In this document: piece after piece, positions 37,826-49,323 of the stretch | How positions within the stretch are numbered: the first letter of the stretch is position 1 | How the letters are laid out: each line of letters begins with the position of its first letter | DNA from: Octopus sinensis | Taxonomy: Eukaryota | DNA: 64,000 bases | Assembly (NCBI RefSeq): GCF_006345805.1 | Contig: NC_042998.1 | Location: 3,038,001 to 3,102,000, forward strand | Direction: 5' to 3' | Position numbers and translations under genes: made by a program | Notes under the pieces: model-generated | Databases searched by the model: none | The model's input: only the letters and a program-made list of their open reading frames with translations | Told to the model about the DNA's origin: nothing

Positions 37826-38756
37826 CTGGCAAAATTTTCTTTACAGCCAGAAAAGCCTCACATGTTTCTTTTTTTCAGCTATTTCTAATCTTTCTCTAAT
37901 CACATCTGTATATTTTTTCTTTAACTCTCTATCACACAGATCTAATGAACTAAATTATTTTGATGCAAACATTAGATAAGCCAGGTGAACAGATCAAAAG
38001 GTGAAAACGGGGCAATATTGTGTTGTGTCACTGGGAATAACATTTATGACGACTTCCCACTTTGAACGACATTCAAGTCTGAAAAAAACTACAGGTTTTT
38101 TGCTTTGTTTTTTATCTCTCACTTTTCCTTTTAACTTCTCAAACAAAACCAAAGAAAAAATACAAAGCAGTTCTAAATGAAATTCTTCACTTAAATAACA
38201 AGAAAACCAGGAATTACGACCAACACAGACTTTTCAAGAACTCCAAAGATTCCCAAAACTGATTCTGCAGCATTAGATGGTTTAAAGACCCAACTACACT
38301 CTGGATAGATGACTAGCCTGTCTACCGTAGTTATGGATAACTTGCCCAGAATACCTGTTGTCTTTTCTCCAGCCAGGTAAATAGGGCCAGATTTTGTGTT
38401 TGCAGTTTACTGCAGGACAACTCAACTGCTGAGGTAACACTGGAATAATCTACTTCAAAGCTAATGTGTTCCTGTACATTAATATCGATATATCATCCAG
38501 GTGTATTAATATCGATATATCATCCAGGTGTATTGGTAGAACTGGCCAGAAATATAATGCTTAGCAGCATTTCTTCTGACCTTACATCTTAAGTTCAAAT
38601 GTCACCAAGGTCAATGTTACCTTTTATCCTTTTGAGGTTGATAAAATAAGAACCAGTTAAACACTGGGGTTGATGTCATCAACTTATCCCCTCCCCAAAA
38701 TTGCTGGCCTTGTGCCAAAATTTGAAACCATTATTTTTCTTATTATTAAGGATGCA

Positions 38757-39080
38757 TGAAGGCAAGTGGCTTAGTGGTTAGGGTGTTTGGCTCATGATCA
38801 TAAGGTCATGAGTTCAATTCCTAGCAGCATGCTGTGACCTTGAGCAAGACACTTTATTTCACATTTTTCCACTCCACTCAGCTGGCAAAAATGAGTTGCA
38901 CCTGTGTTTCAAAGGACCAGCCTTGTCACACTCTGTGTCAAGCTGAATCTCCCTGAGAACTATATTTAGGGTTACATGTGTTTGTGGAGTACTCAGCCAT
39001 TTGTACTTTAATTTCACGAGCAGGCTGTTCTGTTGAGAGGATCAAATGGAAACCTCGTCATCATAACCGATGGAGCGCCA
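38757..39080 (+). mobile_element. Family D SINE, tail D1
   Basis: A box gtggcttagtggtta, B box gagttcaattcc, family body. Confidence 0.9.
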
Positions 39081-40010
39081 GTTAGTTACGAAGGCTGCAA
39101 TCTGGCAGAATCCTTGGTACACCAGGTGAAATGCTTGGCAGAATTTCTTCTGAGTTCACAACTTGAGTCCAAATGCCGCCAGGGTCAACTTTGTTTCTCA
39201 TCCTTTTTGGGGTTGATAAAGAGCACATGAGAGCACATGAGAGGCATCACTTCTCTGTTGCATCAAGCAGCTTCACTTGCAGTAGATGTCACTGCTGCAG
39301 CAGATCAAAAGCAGGCCATGGTAACCCATATGCAAGCTGACCAGAGATAATTACTGAACAAGAACAGTCAACATCAACCTACAACAAACAGCTGATGACA
39401 ACACACACACAAGTTGTGTGTGTGTGGGGGGTATTCTTTTACATGTTTCAGCCCTAAGGCTGTGGTCATGCTGATGATGGGCTTCTTTCAGTTTTCATCT
39501 ATCAAATCCGCTCACAAGGCTTTGTTTGACCTAAGGCTACAGTAGAAAACACTTGCCTAAGAGCTGTGCAGTGAGATTGAACCCAAAACTCTGCAGTTGG
39601 GAATCAAACTTCTTACCACACAGCCATACTTTTTGATATTTTTCCAAGCCTTAACCCTTTTGAGATTTTTCTCTTGCTTTTCTGGTATCTAATGAGTGGA
39701 AGAAATCAAAATCCCAGTAGGTCAGTCAAATTCAGCCTGTGGGCCACATGCAGTCCACAGGACTTTCTGCAAGGCATGTATAACAAAAAATTACCTTCAT
39801 TTTTTTTTTTTTTTTTTAGTAGCCCACCTGATGATGAACCAAGACTCATGCAGCCTATTTCTTGAAAATGGTTGCCTCTGTCTGTTCCAGACGAAAGTGC
39901 ATATCTTGTAGTAATGGGTTTGATGCCACAATGTGGTACTCTGAACACGAGTCTTTTATAATAGCATTTGGACAATCCAAGTCTTGTGAATGAAACTAAA
40001 TGCCACATAA

Positions 40011-40242
40011 CGTGCCAGTGTCATGTAAAAGTGCTAGTGCCACATAAAGCACGTGTGCTGGTGCCATGTAAAAAGCACCTGGTACATTTTGTAAAGTGGT
40101 TGGTGCTAGGAAGAGCATCCAGCCATAGAAATTATGCCAAAACAGACAAATGGAACCTGGGCAGCACTCCAGTTGGCCAACTCCTGCCAAACTATTCCAC
40201 CCTTGTCAGCATGGAGAATGGATGTTAGATTATGATGATGAT
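40011..40242 (+). mobile_element. Family A retroposon variant with short gtgcca..taaaa repeats
   Basis: Three approximately 25-bp units, then the conserved 3' end and (GAT)n. Confidence 0.8.
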
Positions 40243-40254
40243 AATTTTTTTTTT

Positions 40255-40495
40255 TCACCCTTTTCAAGCCTAACCAGGTTCATGGGCCTGGTGTCAGCAT
40301 TACTCAAGAAACAGGAAGAGAGAGTGAGAGAAAGATGTGGCGGTAGAGTACAACAGGGGTCGCCACCAGCCCCTGCCAGAGCCTCGTGGAGCTTTTGGGT
40401 GTTTTCGTTCAATAAACACACGCAACGCCTGGTTTGGGAATTGAAACCACGATCCTCCGACCGCGAGTCCGCTGCCCTAACCACTGGGCCATTAC
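40255..40495 (-). mobile_element. Chimeric SINE: family E head plus D2-type tail
   Basis: E body to about 40310; ccttttcaagcctaaccaggttcatgggcc is the reverse complement of the 45575-45605 tail. Confidence 0.75.
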
Positions 40496-42459
40496 GATAA
40501 GTACACTGATGAACTGCACCTATAATTCAAAGAGCCAGCCTCATCATATGCTGTATCACATTCAATCAGTCTATGTCAAGAGTACATGTGTCTATGGAGT
40601 ACTTAGTATAAGCATGTTTATACAACAGACAGGGAGTTCCGTTCTTTCAGCAGTCAGAGTACTCGTTATTGAATCTAGTGAAAAATTCATGTGCATTTTT
40701 TTAAATTATTAATTAATGCAACAGGTGTCACTTTTGTTCATGCAGTTGGTGTATGTTAAAAATTGATTTGCTATTCTACCTATTTTGACAAGCTGAAATG
40801 TTATTAGTCACTGTTTTACCAATTGTTGACACTGGTGTGGAGGGAAGGTGAGAGTGGAAGGTAAGAGAGGGTGGAAGAGAGGAAGAGAGAAGGAAGGAAG
40901 GAGGTTGGATAGATGGATAGAAGGGAAGCATGGGAAAGGGAAAATATAAGTAAAGAGGAATGGAGAACAATGTAGCATTTTAGCTGAAATGGTTAGAAAG
41001 AAAGAAATGAAGAAAGGGTCAGTTAATACTAAAATTTAAACCATTATTCAGTGACCATGGAGAAGGTGAAAGTGGTTATAACAATTGAGTTAGTCGTCTT
41101 CAAAGAGTAGATAGAAAGTTAGGATGGAAATAGCAATACATACCAAACATAGAAATGACTAAACAAATATGCTGTATATGAATAGAGTTGAGAGAAAAAT
41201 CCTCCATTTGAAGGAGAATTTGAAACCAACTAATAGCTATTAGATAATAATATTCAGTTAGAGATGGCTCCTAGCTTTCCTAGAGCCGATATATTTTCCA
41301 TCAGCAGTAAACATCTTTCAGAGACAACATAAGAGTTATTATTGATAAGTGTAGAAATATGCCAAGCAAAGGATATTATTATTCCAACAAGTTTGTAAGC
41401 AACAAAGTAACAAAATTACATTTCATGACAGCTAACTTGCAGAAAGTAAAAGAATTATTTTGAACTGGTTATTATAGCAGTGAGTGTTATGAAAGGAAAA
41501 CTTCTAATTATTTGGTACAAATTCTAGAAGATAAAACAGATATCCATCTGGCAACTTAAACAGAAACACTCTATGTCTTGATAAATTTTAATTTACTAAG
41601 ACAAGAATAATTGCATGTTGCATTTTATATTAATGAAAATAGGTAAGCTCAGTTCTTTTTGGAAAGTCCAGGTAACAGGTGTTACGCCGTAGCATAGCTA
41701 TCATTGTTAAATTGTACAAAACAAGAATGCCGAGTATGTACATCATAGAGAATACCTGAAATAAAATATATGCCCAAATGACAAATATTTTAGGCCAGGA
41801 ACCTAAAAACAATTACTATGAATAAATTCAACAAGAAATCTATAAATAACACACACAAAAAATAATTTAAAAAAGCAACTATCAGGTTGTTCCCAGAGGT
41901 AAAAGTATGTGTCACAAAAATGTTTAAATGTACTTTCCCTTTGTTTAAGCCTAAATTTTTCTCGGATTACAATGAAGAGGAAATCTATCCTATCTTTTAC
42001 ACACTTTACATTGACATGAGTCAATGCACTGGGCAATTTGTTTTTGGTGGTGGGGGATATATCTGACCTGTCTTGCACTCATATGATTGACATACTTTAA
42101 AGAATACTTTGGAAAAAAAAAGAAAAAGGAAAAGAATGTTACTGAGGTTGGGTCAAATTCAATAAAAATGGTGCCAACGTTTAGAGATAATGACAAGTGT
42201 TGAGAGGAGCAGCACATCTCAATTCTCTAGGGAGAGAAAATTAGCTTCAAAACTTGAATCAGCTGACATCTAATACATTCATAAATATTGTAAATATTTG
42301 GTCAAGTGTTTAAATTAAGAACCTGGGCGCCACGGAGATTGTCAGATGATAGCATTGGAAAGATCATGCAAATATTTGCATATTCCTATGCAATTCATGA
42401 ACATCCACACTCCATTTGTTTAACTGATAATTTAAATTCATTTACCTATATCTATATAC

Positions 42460-42862
42460 TCTTTTACTCTTTTACTTGTTTCAGTCATTTGACTGTGGCC
42501 ATGATGGAGCACTGCCATTAGTCGAGCAAATCGACCCCAGGACTTATTCTTTGTAAGCCTAGTACTTATTCCATCGGTCTCTTTTGCCGAACCACTAAGT
42601 TACAGGGACATAAACACACCAGCATCGGTTGTCAAGCGATGTTGGGGGACAAACACAGACACACAAACGTATACACACACATATATACATACATATATAC
42701 GATGGGCTTATTTCAGTTTCCGTCTACCAAATCCACTCACAAGGCTTTGGTCAGCCCGAGGCTATAGTAGAACACACTTGCCTAGGGTGCCACGCAGTGG
42801 GACTGAACCCAGAACCATGTAGTTTGTAAGCAATCTACTTACTACACAGTCACTCCTACGCC
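42460..42862 (-). mobile_element. Family B SINE, near consensus
   Basis: Full tail, body and head as in 37440-37825. Confidence 0.93.
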
Positions 42863-42884
42863 TATATATACATATATGTATATG

Positions 42885-43034
42885 TCATCATCATCATCAT
42901 CATCGTTTAACGTCCGTTCTCCATGCTAGCATGGGTTGGACGGTTCGACCGGGGTTCTGGGAGCCAGAAGGCTGCACCAGGCTCCAGTCTAATCTGGCAA
43001 TGTTTCTACAGCTGGATGCCCTTCCTAACGCCAA
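42885..43034 (-). mobile_element. Family A retroposon, 5'-truncated
   Basis: (CAT)n-cgtttaacgtccgttctccatgctagcatgggttggacgg. Confidence 0.9.
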
Positions 43035-43064
43035 ATATGTATATATATATATATATAATATATA

Positions 43065-43275
43065 TAGTTAATAAAAAAAAAGACAACAAGAAAAAAACAC
43101 CATGAGAACATGGTATGTGCAAAGTATTAATAAGACGCTCAGAGAAGGAAAGAATGGGTGTTTTACGTTTCAAGCAAAGCTCTTCTTCAGAAACAGAACA
43201 CAGAGGAAAGTCCAAGAGAAAAGGAAAATGGAGAAAAAAAAATTGCCAACAGTTCACATGTGGTTACATTATATA
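43065..43275 (-). mobile_element. Penelope-like terminal fragment
   Basis: Homologous to 12215-12450; contains a hammerhead motif. Confidence 0.6.
43159..43195 (-). ncRNA. Minimal type I hammerhead motif, near intact
   Basis: TGTTT-CTGAAGA-A-GAGC(ttt)GCTT-GAAAC-GTA-AAACA; GUA site, 5-bp stem I, G-U in place of G-C at the base of stem II. Confidence 0.6.
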
Positions 43276-43641
43276 TATATATATTCCACCAGAAAGTTAA
43301 TACAAATGATTCAATTTATGCTGGAAAAATACGTAAGCCTTGCAAGTAAAATTTAGTAAATGAAAACTATGTGAAAACTCATGCTGTGTGTTTTTTGTGT
43401 ACAAATATAAATCAGAGATATTTTAGTATGCAAAAGAAGGCAATGCTCTAAAAAGGACATAACATATGGTAACTTAGCCAATCAACAAGCATAGATCAAT
43501 AAAATATGGATGTGCTGCCACACCATGGCCTCAGTTCAATAAGTGAATCTAGTAAAAGAAAAAAAAAATTATAGCAAGTAACCAAAAACAAATCTTTGTA
43601 CCAAGAAGGTTTTGTACAGAACTTCATGTGACTAAGTCTAA

Positions 43642-43861
43642 CCCTTAATCATTCAGACTTCTCTGTCAGATGTAATGCTTATTTATTGACATTGTTTTGA
43701 ATTAAACATGCATTATCTTGTAGCTTCAAGATTTCAATGATGTGATGATTTACTTTTACAATGACATTGTAGGGTAGGTGTGAGAGGCTGGATCTGACTA
43801 GTTTGAATATAAGACAGGTAGAATATTTGGGCCATATACGGTTGGTTTAAATGCTAAAGGG
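43642..43861. mobile_element. piggyBac-type MITE P1
   Basis: cccttaatcattc...aatgctaaaggg-TTAA; reverse orientation relative to 18018. Confidence 0.8.
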
Positions 43862-44878
43862 TTAATACCATTCAAAATATTACAAATAAGCATAAATTTC
43901 CACAAAAGACTATAGGTAACTACTGAATTGACTGGCAACGCTACTAAAAGAAAAATGGGTCCTCCTCGGTAATTTTTTTTTTTTTTGTCATGAGCCCTAC
44001 AACTCATAAAAGCTTAACCCAGTTTTCATAAATTCACATGAATCTTTTTCGTGTGTGAGATTTTGTTGGGAGTTTATGGGGTTAAGGAATAGGGGGATGA
44101 AAATCTTCATTCATATCTGATGTTATCTAGCTTGAGAAAATATCTGAAGAAAAGAGAAAAGCTAAAAGGGAATTGAGAAACAGGAAGTATGAGACCGTTC
44201 CAGAAGTCTCAAAAGCAAAATGCTTACAACTCAATGAAGATGTAAATAGTTTGAAATGAAGAGGATGACTGATTAAACACGGTATTGAAACAGATGCATG
44301 TGGCAATGAATATGTGTGTGTGTGTGTATAGTGATGAAGAAATGAATGAGAAGTATGCCTATATGGTTAAGAATGAGAAAGAAAGGATATGGAAATGAGG
44401 CAGCAGCAGATAAAACCAGAGAACTGTAAAGAAACGAGATGAATGGCTGATAATGGAATGTCTCTTTTCAAACTGGTTTCCTTGTTCCACCCACTTTGCC
44501 AGGCATCAAGATCTCGCAAAAAAATCTCATCTACACTAAGTTTAAAGTTAATTGTTTAACCAGTTATCCCCTAAAATGCTACAGAAGACTTCACAAAAAA
44601 AAACAAAAAAAAGAGGGGAGGCATGATCATATTCCAAAGAAAACAAGTGAACAAGACTGGTTCAGTGATGTCAAGCTCCACACTGCTCATCCAAAGCAAT
44701 GACAATTAGGTGTGTCGAGATTCATAGACTATCATTAAGGGTAGAATATCAAGCAACATCCGGTTCAAGTAACTTACACACAATGAAGGGAATAAAAATT
44801 AATATTGAACTCAGAGTAAAATATCCAATCTGTAGGATGGGGGGGTCTCTTGCATATCTGCTGGTTTATAAATATATA

Positions 44879-45270
44879 TATTTCTTTACTACCCACAAGG
44901 GGCTAAACACAGAGGGGACAAACAAAGGGATTAAGTCGATTATATCGACCCCAGTGCGTATCTGGTACTTAATTTATCGACCCAGAGAGGATGAAAGGCA
45001 AAGTCAACCTCGGCGGAATTTGAACTCGGAACGTAACGGCAGACAAAATACCTATTTCTTTACTACCCACAAGGGGCTAAACACAGAGGGGACAAACAAA
45101 GGGATTAAGTCGATTATATCGACCCCAGTGCATATCTGGTACTTAATTTATCAACCCAGAGAGGATGAAAGGCAAAGTCGACCTCGGTGGAATTTGAACT
45201 CGGAACATAACAACAGACGAAATACGGCTACGCATTTCACCCGGCGTGCTAACCACTCTGCCAGTTTGCC
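44879..45270 (-). mobile_element. Tandem family C1 SINE dimer (174-bp period)
   Basis: 44879-45052 and 45053-45226 nearly identical; only the right copy keeps the head. Confidence 0.92.
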
Positions 45271-45363
45271 AGGATTTCTCTGGGCATAAAACTTATTATT
45301 GTAAAACAAGTACACTCATATGGATTTAACATGATATATAACTGATAGCTATTTTACTTTAGA

Positions 45364-45612
45364 GTGGAGGCGCGTGGCTTAGTGGTTAGGGTGTCAGCAT
45401 CATGATCGTAAGATTGTGGTTTCGATTCCTGGACCAGGCGACGTGTTGTGTTCTTGAACAAGACACTTCATTTCACGTTGCTCCAGTCCACTCAACTGGC
45501 AAAAGTGAATAACGCTGTGATGGACTGGCATCTCGTCCAGCTAGAGAACACATACGCCATTGAAACCGGGAAACTGGGCCCATGAGCCTGGCTAGGCTTT
45601 AAAAGGGTGCAT
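45364..45612 (+). mobile_element. Family D SINE, tail D2
   Basis: A box gtggcttagtggtta, B-box-like gtggtttcgattcc; related copy at 55305-55520. Confidence 0.9.
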
Positions 45613-45918
45613 TTATTATTTTACTTTAGAGAGATGAAAATAAAAATCAGCCAACAGGCACCGAACTCAGAATATTGGAGAATAACAACACCAAGAGCAA
45701 GTAATCTGCTATCCTTTCATTTTGGTTAACTTCCTGTGCCAACATTGTAAAAGTAAGAAGAAATATTGAACTTCATATGATTTTAATTGGGACTTTATTC
45801 CAAGACTATTTTAATAGGATTAGCAAGCTCAAGCATTGCAAACTTCTTCACTTTAAATTGCTATCTACTGTGCTGAAAATAGAGATCCATGACTCCCATT
45901 CAGTCCAGAGAATCTCTC

Positions 45919-45959
<41 letters not shown>

Positions 45960-45989
45960 GATAGGGAGAGAGGGGGGGAGAGAGAGAGG

Positions 45990-46350
45990 GGGGAGTGGCA
46001 ATCATTTGTCCACAACATTGTACTGGAAATGAGCATCCTCAAAGTTCAGAGCAGAGGAAATATAGTTGCTGTCTGACTGAATCTACCTCACCCACTCCTA
46101 CCATGACCTCCATGATCAAAGTCTTCATTGATGTAAAGTACAACAACAGCAGCATTCCTTTTGATGAAATTTTCAAGAATGAGAGACCATTGGTGTGATA
46201 TGGAGGGAAAAGTTTCTGATACATCCGGCTTTACAGAAATCATACCAGCTGTCTTTGAAAATGATAAATTCAGAGGAATATCACTTAGCACAATGGATTC
46301 TTTGATATGAAAACCACCCATTACAGTACAGCATGACCAATTACTACCCC
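45990..46350 (+). mobile_element. Possible decayed LINE AP-endonuclease fragment
   Basis: GVAII, IYL and eroded GDFN/W-like motifs in the expected order across frames; an open frame lies on the opposite strand. Confidence 0.3.
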
Positions 46351-46565
46351 TTTGAATGTCGTAGGAGAGAGAAATATCATCAAGTTCAGCAAGAGAAAAG
46401 AAAAGAAAACTACTAAGTACAATAAAATATGGAAGACAAACACCACCTAACGTATGTGTCACCAGCACTGGCCATGACCATGATTTCACTTAGTATGAGG
46501 GGTCTTCTCAAGCGATTTGCTATGCTTGAGAAGATGGGTCAAGCTAAGTGAAATCATGGTTGTGG

Positions 46566-46918
46566 TCAGTGCTGGTGACATGTAAAAGGCACTCGTGCCA
46601 GTGACACGGAAAAGGCGCTTATGCCAGTGATACGGAAAAGGGTCCGGTGTCAGTGACATGGAAAAGGAGCCCGTGTCAGTGACACAGAAAAGGGTCCCGT
46701 GTCAGTGACACAGAAAAGGGTCCCGTGTCAGTGACACAGAAAAGAGTCCCGTGTTAGTGACACAGAAAAGGGTTCCATGTTAGTGACACAGAAAAGGGTC
46801 CGGTGTTAGTGACACAGAAAAGGGTTCCATGTTAGTGACACACAAAAGGAGCTCCTGTCAGTGACATATAAAAGGAGCCCGTGTCAGTGACATATAAAAG
46901 GAGCCCGTGTCAATGACA
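46566..46918 (+). repeat. 26-bp minisatellite, about 13 units (gtgtcagtgacacagaaaagggtccc)
   Basis: GTGACA/GTGATA recurs every 26 bp from 46575 to 46887, with a partial last unit at 46913; related to the family A module head. Confidence 0.97.
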
Positions 46919-47000
46919 AAGTACAGGTTCAGTTTAACATATCTAAGGAGAATTCATTCTAATGAATACAAGACGATGTTCACATTAAACCATGTAAGGA

Positions 47001-47327
47001 TCATCATCATCATCATCGTTTAACGTCCGTTCTCCATGCTAGCATGGGTTGGACGGTTTGACCGGGGATCTGGGAAGCCAGAAGGCTGCACCAGGCTCCG
47101 GTCTTATCTGGCAATGTTTCTACAGATGGATGCCCTTCCTAACGCCAACCACTCCGTGAATGTAGTGGGTGTTTTTTACGTGCCACCTGCACTGGTGCCA
47201 GGCGAGGCTGGCAACGGCCACAGTCAGATTGGTGCATTTTATGTGTCACCGGCACGGAAGCCAGTCGAGGACAGCACTGGCTTCGGCCACGATTCGGATG
47301 GTGCTTTTTACGTGCCACCGACACGGG
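47001..47327 (-). mobile_element. Family A retroposon with hairpin modules
   Basis: Consensus 3' end, two full modules and a partial third. Confidence 0.92.
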
Positions 47328-47444
47328 ATATTATATTAAATATGAGTGGAACAATAACAGACCATTGAAGAATACTGATACAGTATTCCAGTATTTAATA
47401 CATTGAATAGTGAACTATGGTACACCATATTCAGCCTAACATCA

Positions 47445-47822
47445 TCTTTTATCTTTCATTTCAGTCACTCGACTGCAGAAATGCTGAGGTACTGGCTTGA
47501 ATGGGTTCAGCTGAACAAATTGATCCCTGCACTTATATATTGTTTTTTTTTTAAATCTAGTATTTATTATATTAGTGTCCATTGCTGAACCACTAAGTTA
47601 CCAGAATGTAAACAAACCAACACTGGTTGTCAAGTAGTGGGAAGAGGAAACACAAATACATACGAGTTTGTGTGAATGTGTGTGTGTGTGAAGGGCTTGC
47701 ACACAGTTTCCATCTACCACATTCAATCAAATCATTGATCGGCCTGGATTTTAGTACAAGACATATATCCAAGGAGCTGTGCAGTGGGACTGAACCCAAA
47801 ACCACATGGTTGCAAATGAAGT
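47445..47822 (-). mobile_element. Family B SINE, diverged
   Basis: catttcagtcactcgactgcag...gcagtgggactgaaccc. Confidence 0.75.
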
Positions 47823-48163
47823 ACACTTGAATAACCTTTTACAGGTAATGACAGCTTTAACTTCTCAAAATTCCTCAAAATTGAAGAAACATTTTATAAA
47901 AAATTCTTCCTTTTACATTGATATAAAAAACAAAGCAGTTTATACATCATCATTTATAAAACACGTGACTAGTCCTAATTCTCTGAGAGGAATTTTTCTC
48001 ATGCGTGGCTTAATCAAGCAAAATAGATATAAAGGGAGATAATTATTAAATTGTCGTAAAGTTATGCAGCTCATTAGTTCATCCTTCGTGTTTCCAACCT
48101 CAAATTCTGATCAGTTCAATTTCTGATTATTGTAGACTGTTTTATGTCAGAATATATCTATTC

Positions 48164-48772
48164 ATCCTTCAGCATTCATATCTCTGTCAAAAGTAATGCT
48201 TACTTATTTACAATGTTTTCAATTAATCGTGCATTATCTCACAACTTTGAGATTTTGGTGATGTGATTACTCTTTTACTTGTTTCAGTGATTTGACTGTG
48301 GCCATGCTGGAACACCGCCTTTGGTCGAGCAAATTGACCCCAGGGCTCATTCTTTAGAAGCATAGTACTTATTCTATCAGTCTCTTTTGCCGGACCGCTA
48401 AGTTACAGAGACGTAAACACACCATCAGTTGTCAAGCGATGTTGGGGGACAAACAAAGACATACAAAACATATACACATACACACACACACATATATATA
48501 TATATATACGACGGGCTTCTTTCAGTTTCCGTCTACCAAATCCACTCACAAGGCATTGGTCGGCCCAAGGCTATAGTAGAAAACACTTGCCCTAGGTGCC
48601 ATGCAGTGGGACTGAAGCTGGAACCATGTGATTGGTAAGCAAGCTACTTACCACACAGCCACTCCTGCGTCTTACAATGACATTGTAGGATAGAGAGGCT
48701 GGATCTGACCAGATTGAGCATAGAACAGATTGGATATTTGGGCTGGATATGACCAGTTTAAATGCAAAAGGG
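48164..48772. mobile_element. MITE P1 interrupted by a family B SINE
   Basis: MITE pieces 48164-48270 and 48672-48772 ending aatgcaaaaggg-TTAA. Confidence 0.7.
48270..48670 (-). mobile_element. Family B SINE
   Basis: Full tail, body and head. Confidence 0.92.
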
Positions 48773-48819
48773 TTAAGCTAACTTTTAAGAGAGAAAACAT
48801 ATCAGAAATTCTTTTATTT

Positions 48820-49205
48820 TATTTTTATTTGTCTCAGTCATTTGACTGCAGCCATGCTGGAGCCACCACCTTACAGGGTTTTTTTTAATCAAAGTTGACC
48901 TCAGGGCTTATTCTTTGTAAGCCTAGTACTTATTCTGTCAGTCTCTTTTGCCAAACTGCTAAGTTATGGGGATGTAAACACTCCAACATCGGTTGTCAAG
49001 CAATGATGTTGAGGACAAACAGATATACACATGTATATATATATATATATCTGACTGGCTTCTTTCAATTTCCTTCTACCAAATTCACTCACAAGGCTTT
49101 GGTCAGCCCAAGGCTACAGTAGAAAACGCTTCCCCAAGGGACTGAACCCAGAACCGAACCATGTGTTTGGGAAGCAAGCTTGTTACCACACAGCCACACC
49201 TGCAC
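48820..49205 (-). mobile_element. Family B SINE
   Basis: Full length with a small deletion in the head. Confidence 0.88.
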
Positions 49206-49323
49206 CTATATTGAACAGTAATACACATAGAAACTACAAGATAATGCATAATTAATTCAAAACAATATGAATAAATAAGCATTACATTTCACAGATAATC
49301 TGGATATCAGAGGGTTAAGCAAT

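Noticed and set aside
44699-45289. 196-aa ORF with an internal repeat
   Set aside because: Antisense read-through of the tandem SINE dimer
46566-46918. CRISPR array
   Set aside because: Head-to-tail 26-bp units with no unique spacers, eukaryotic context, no cas genes
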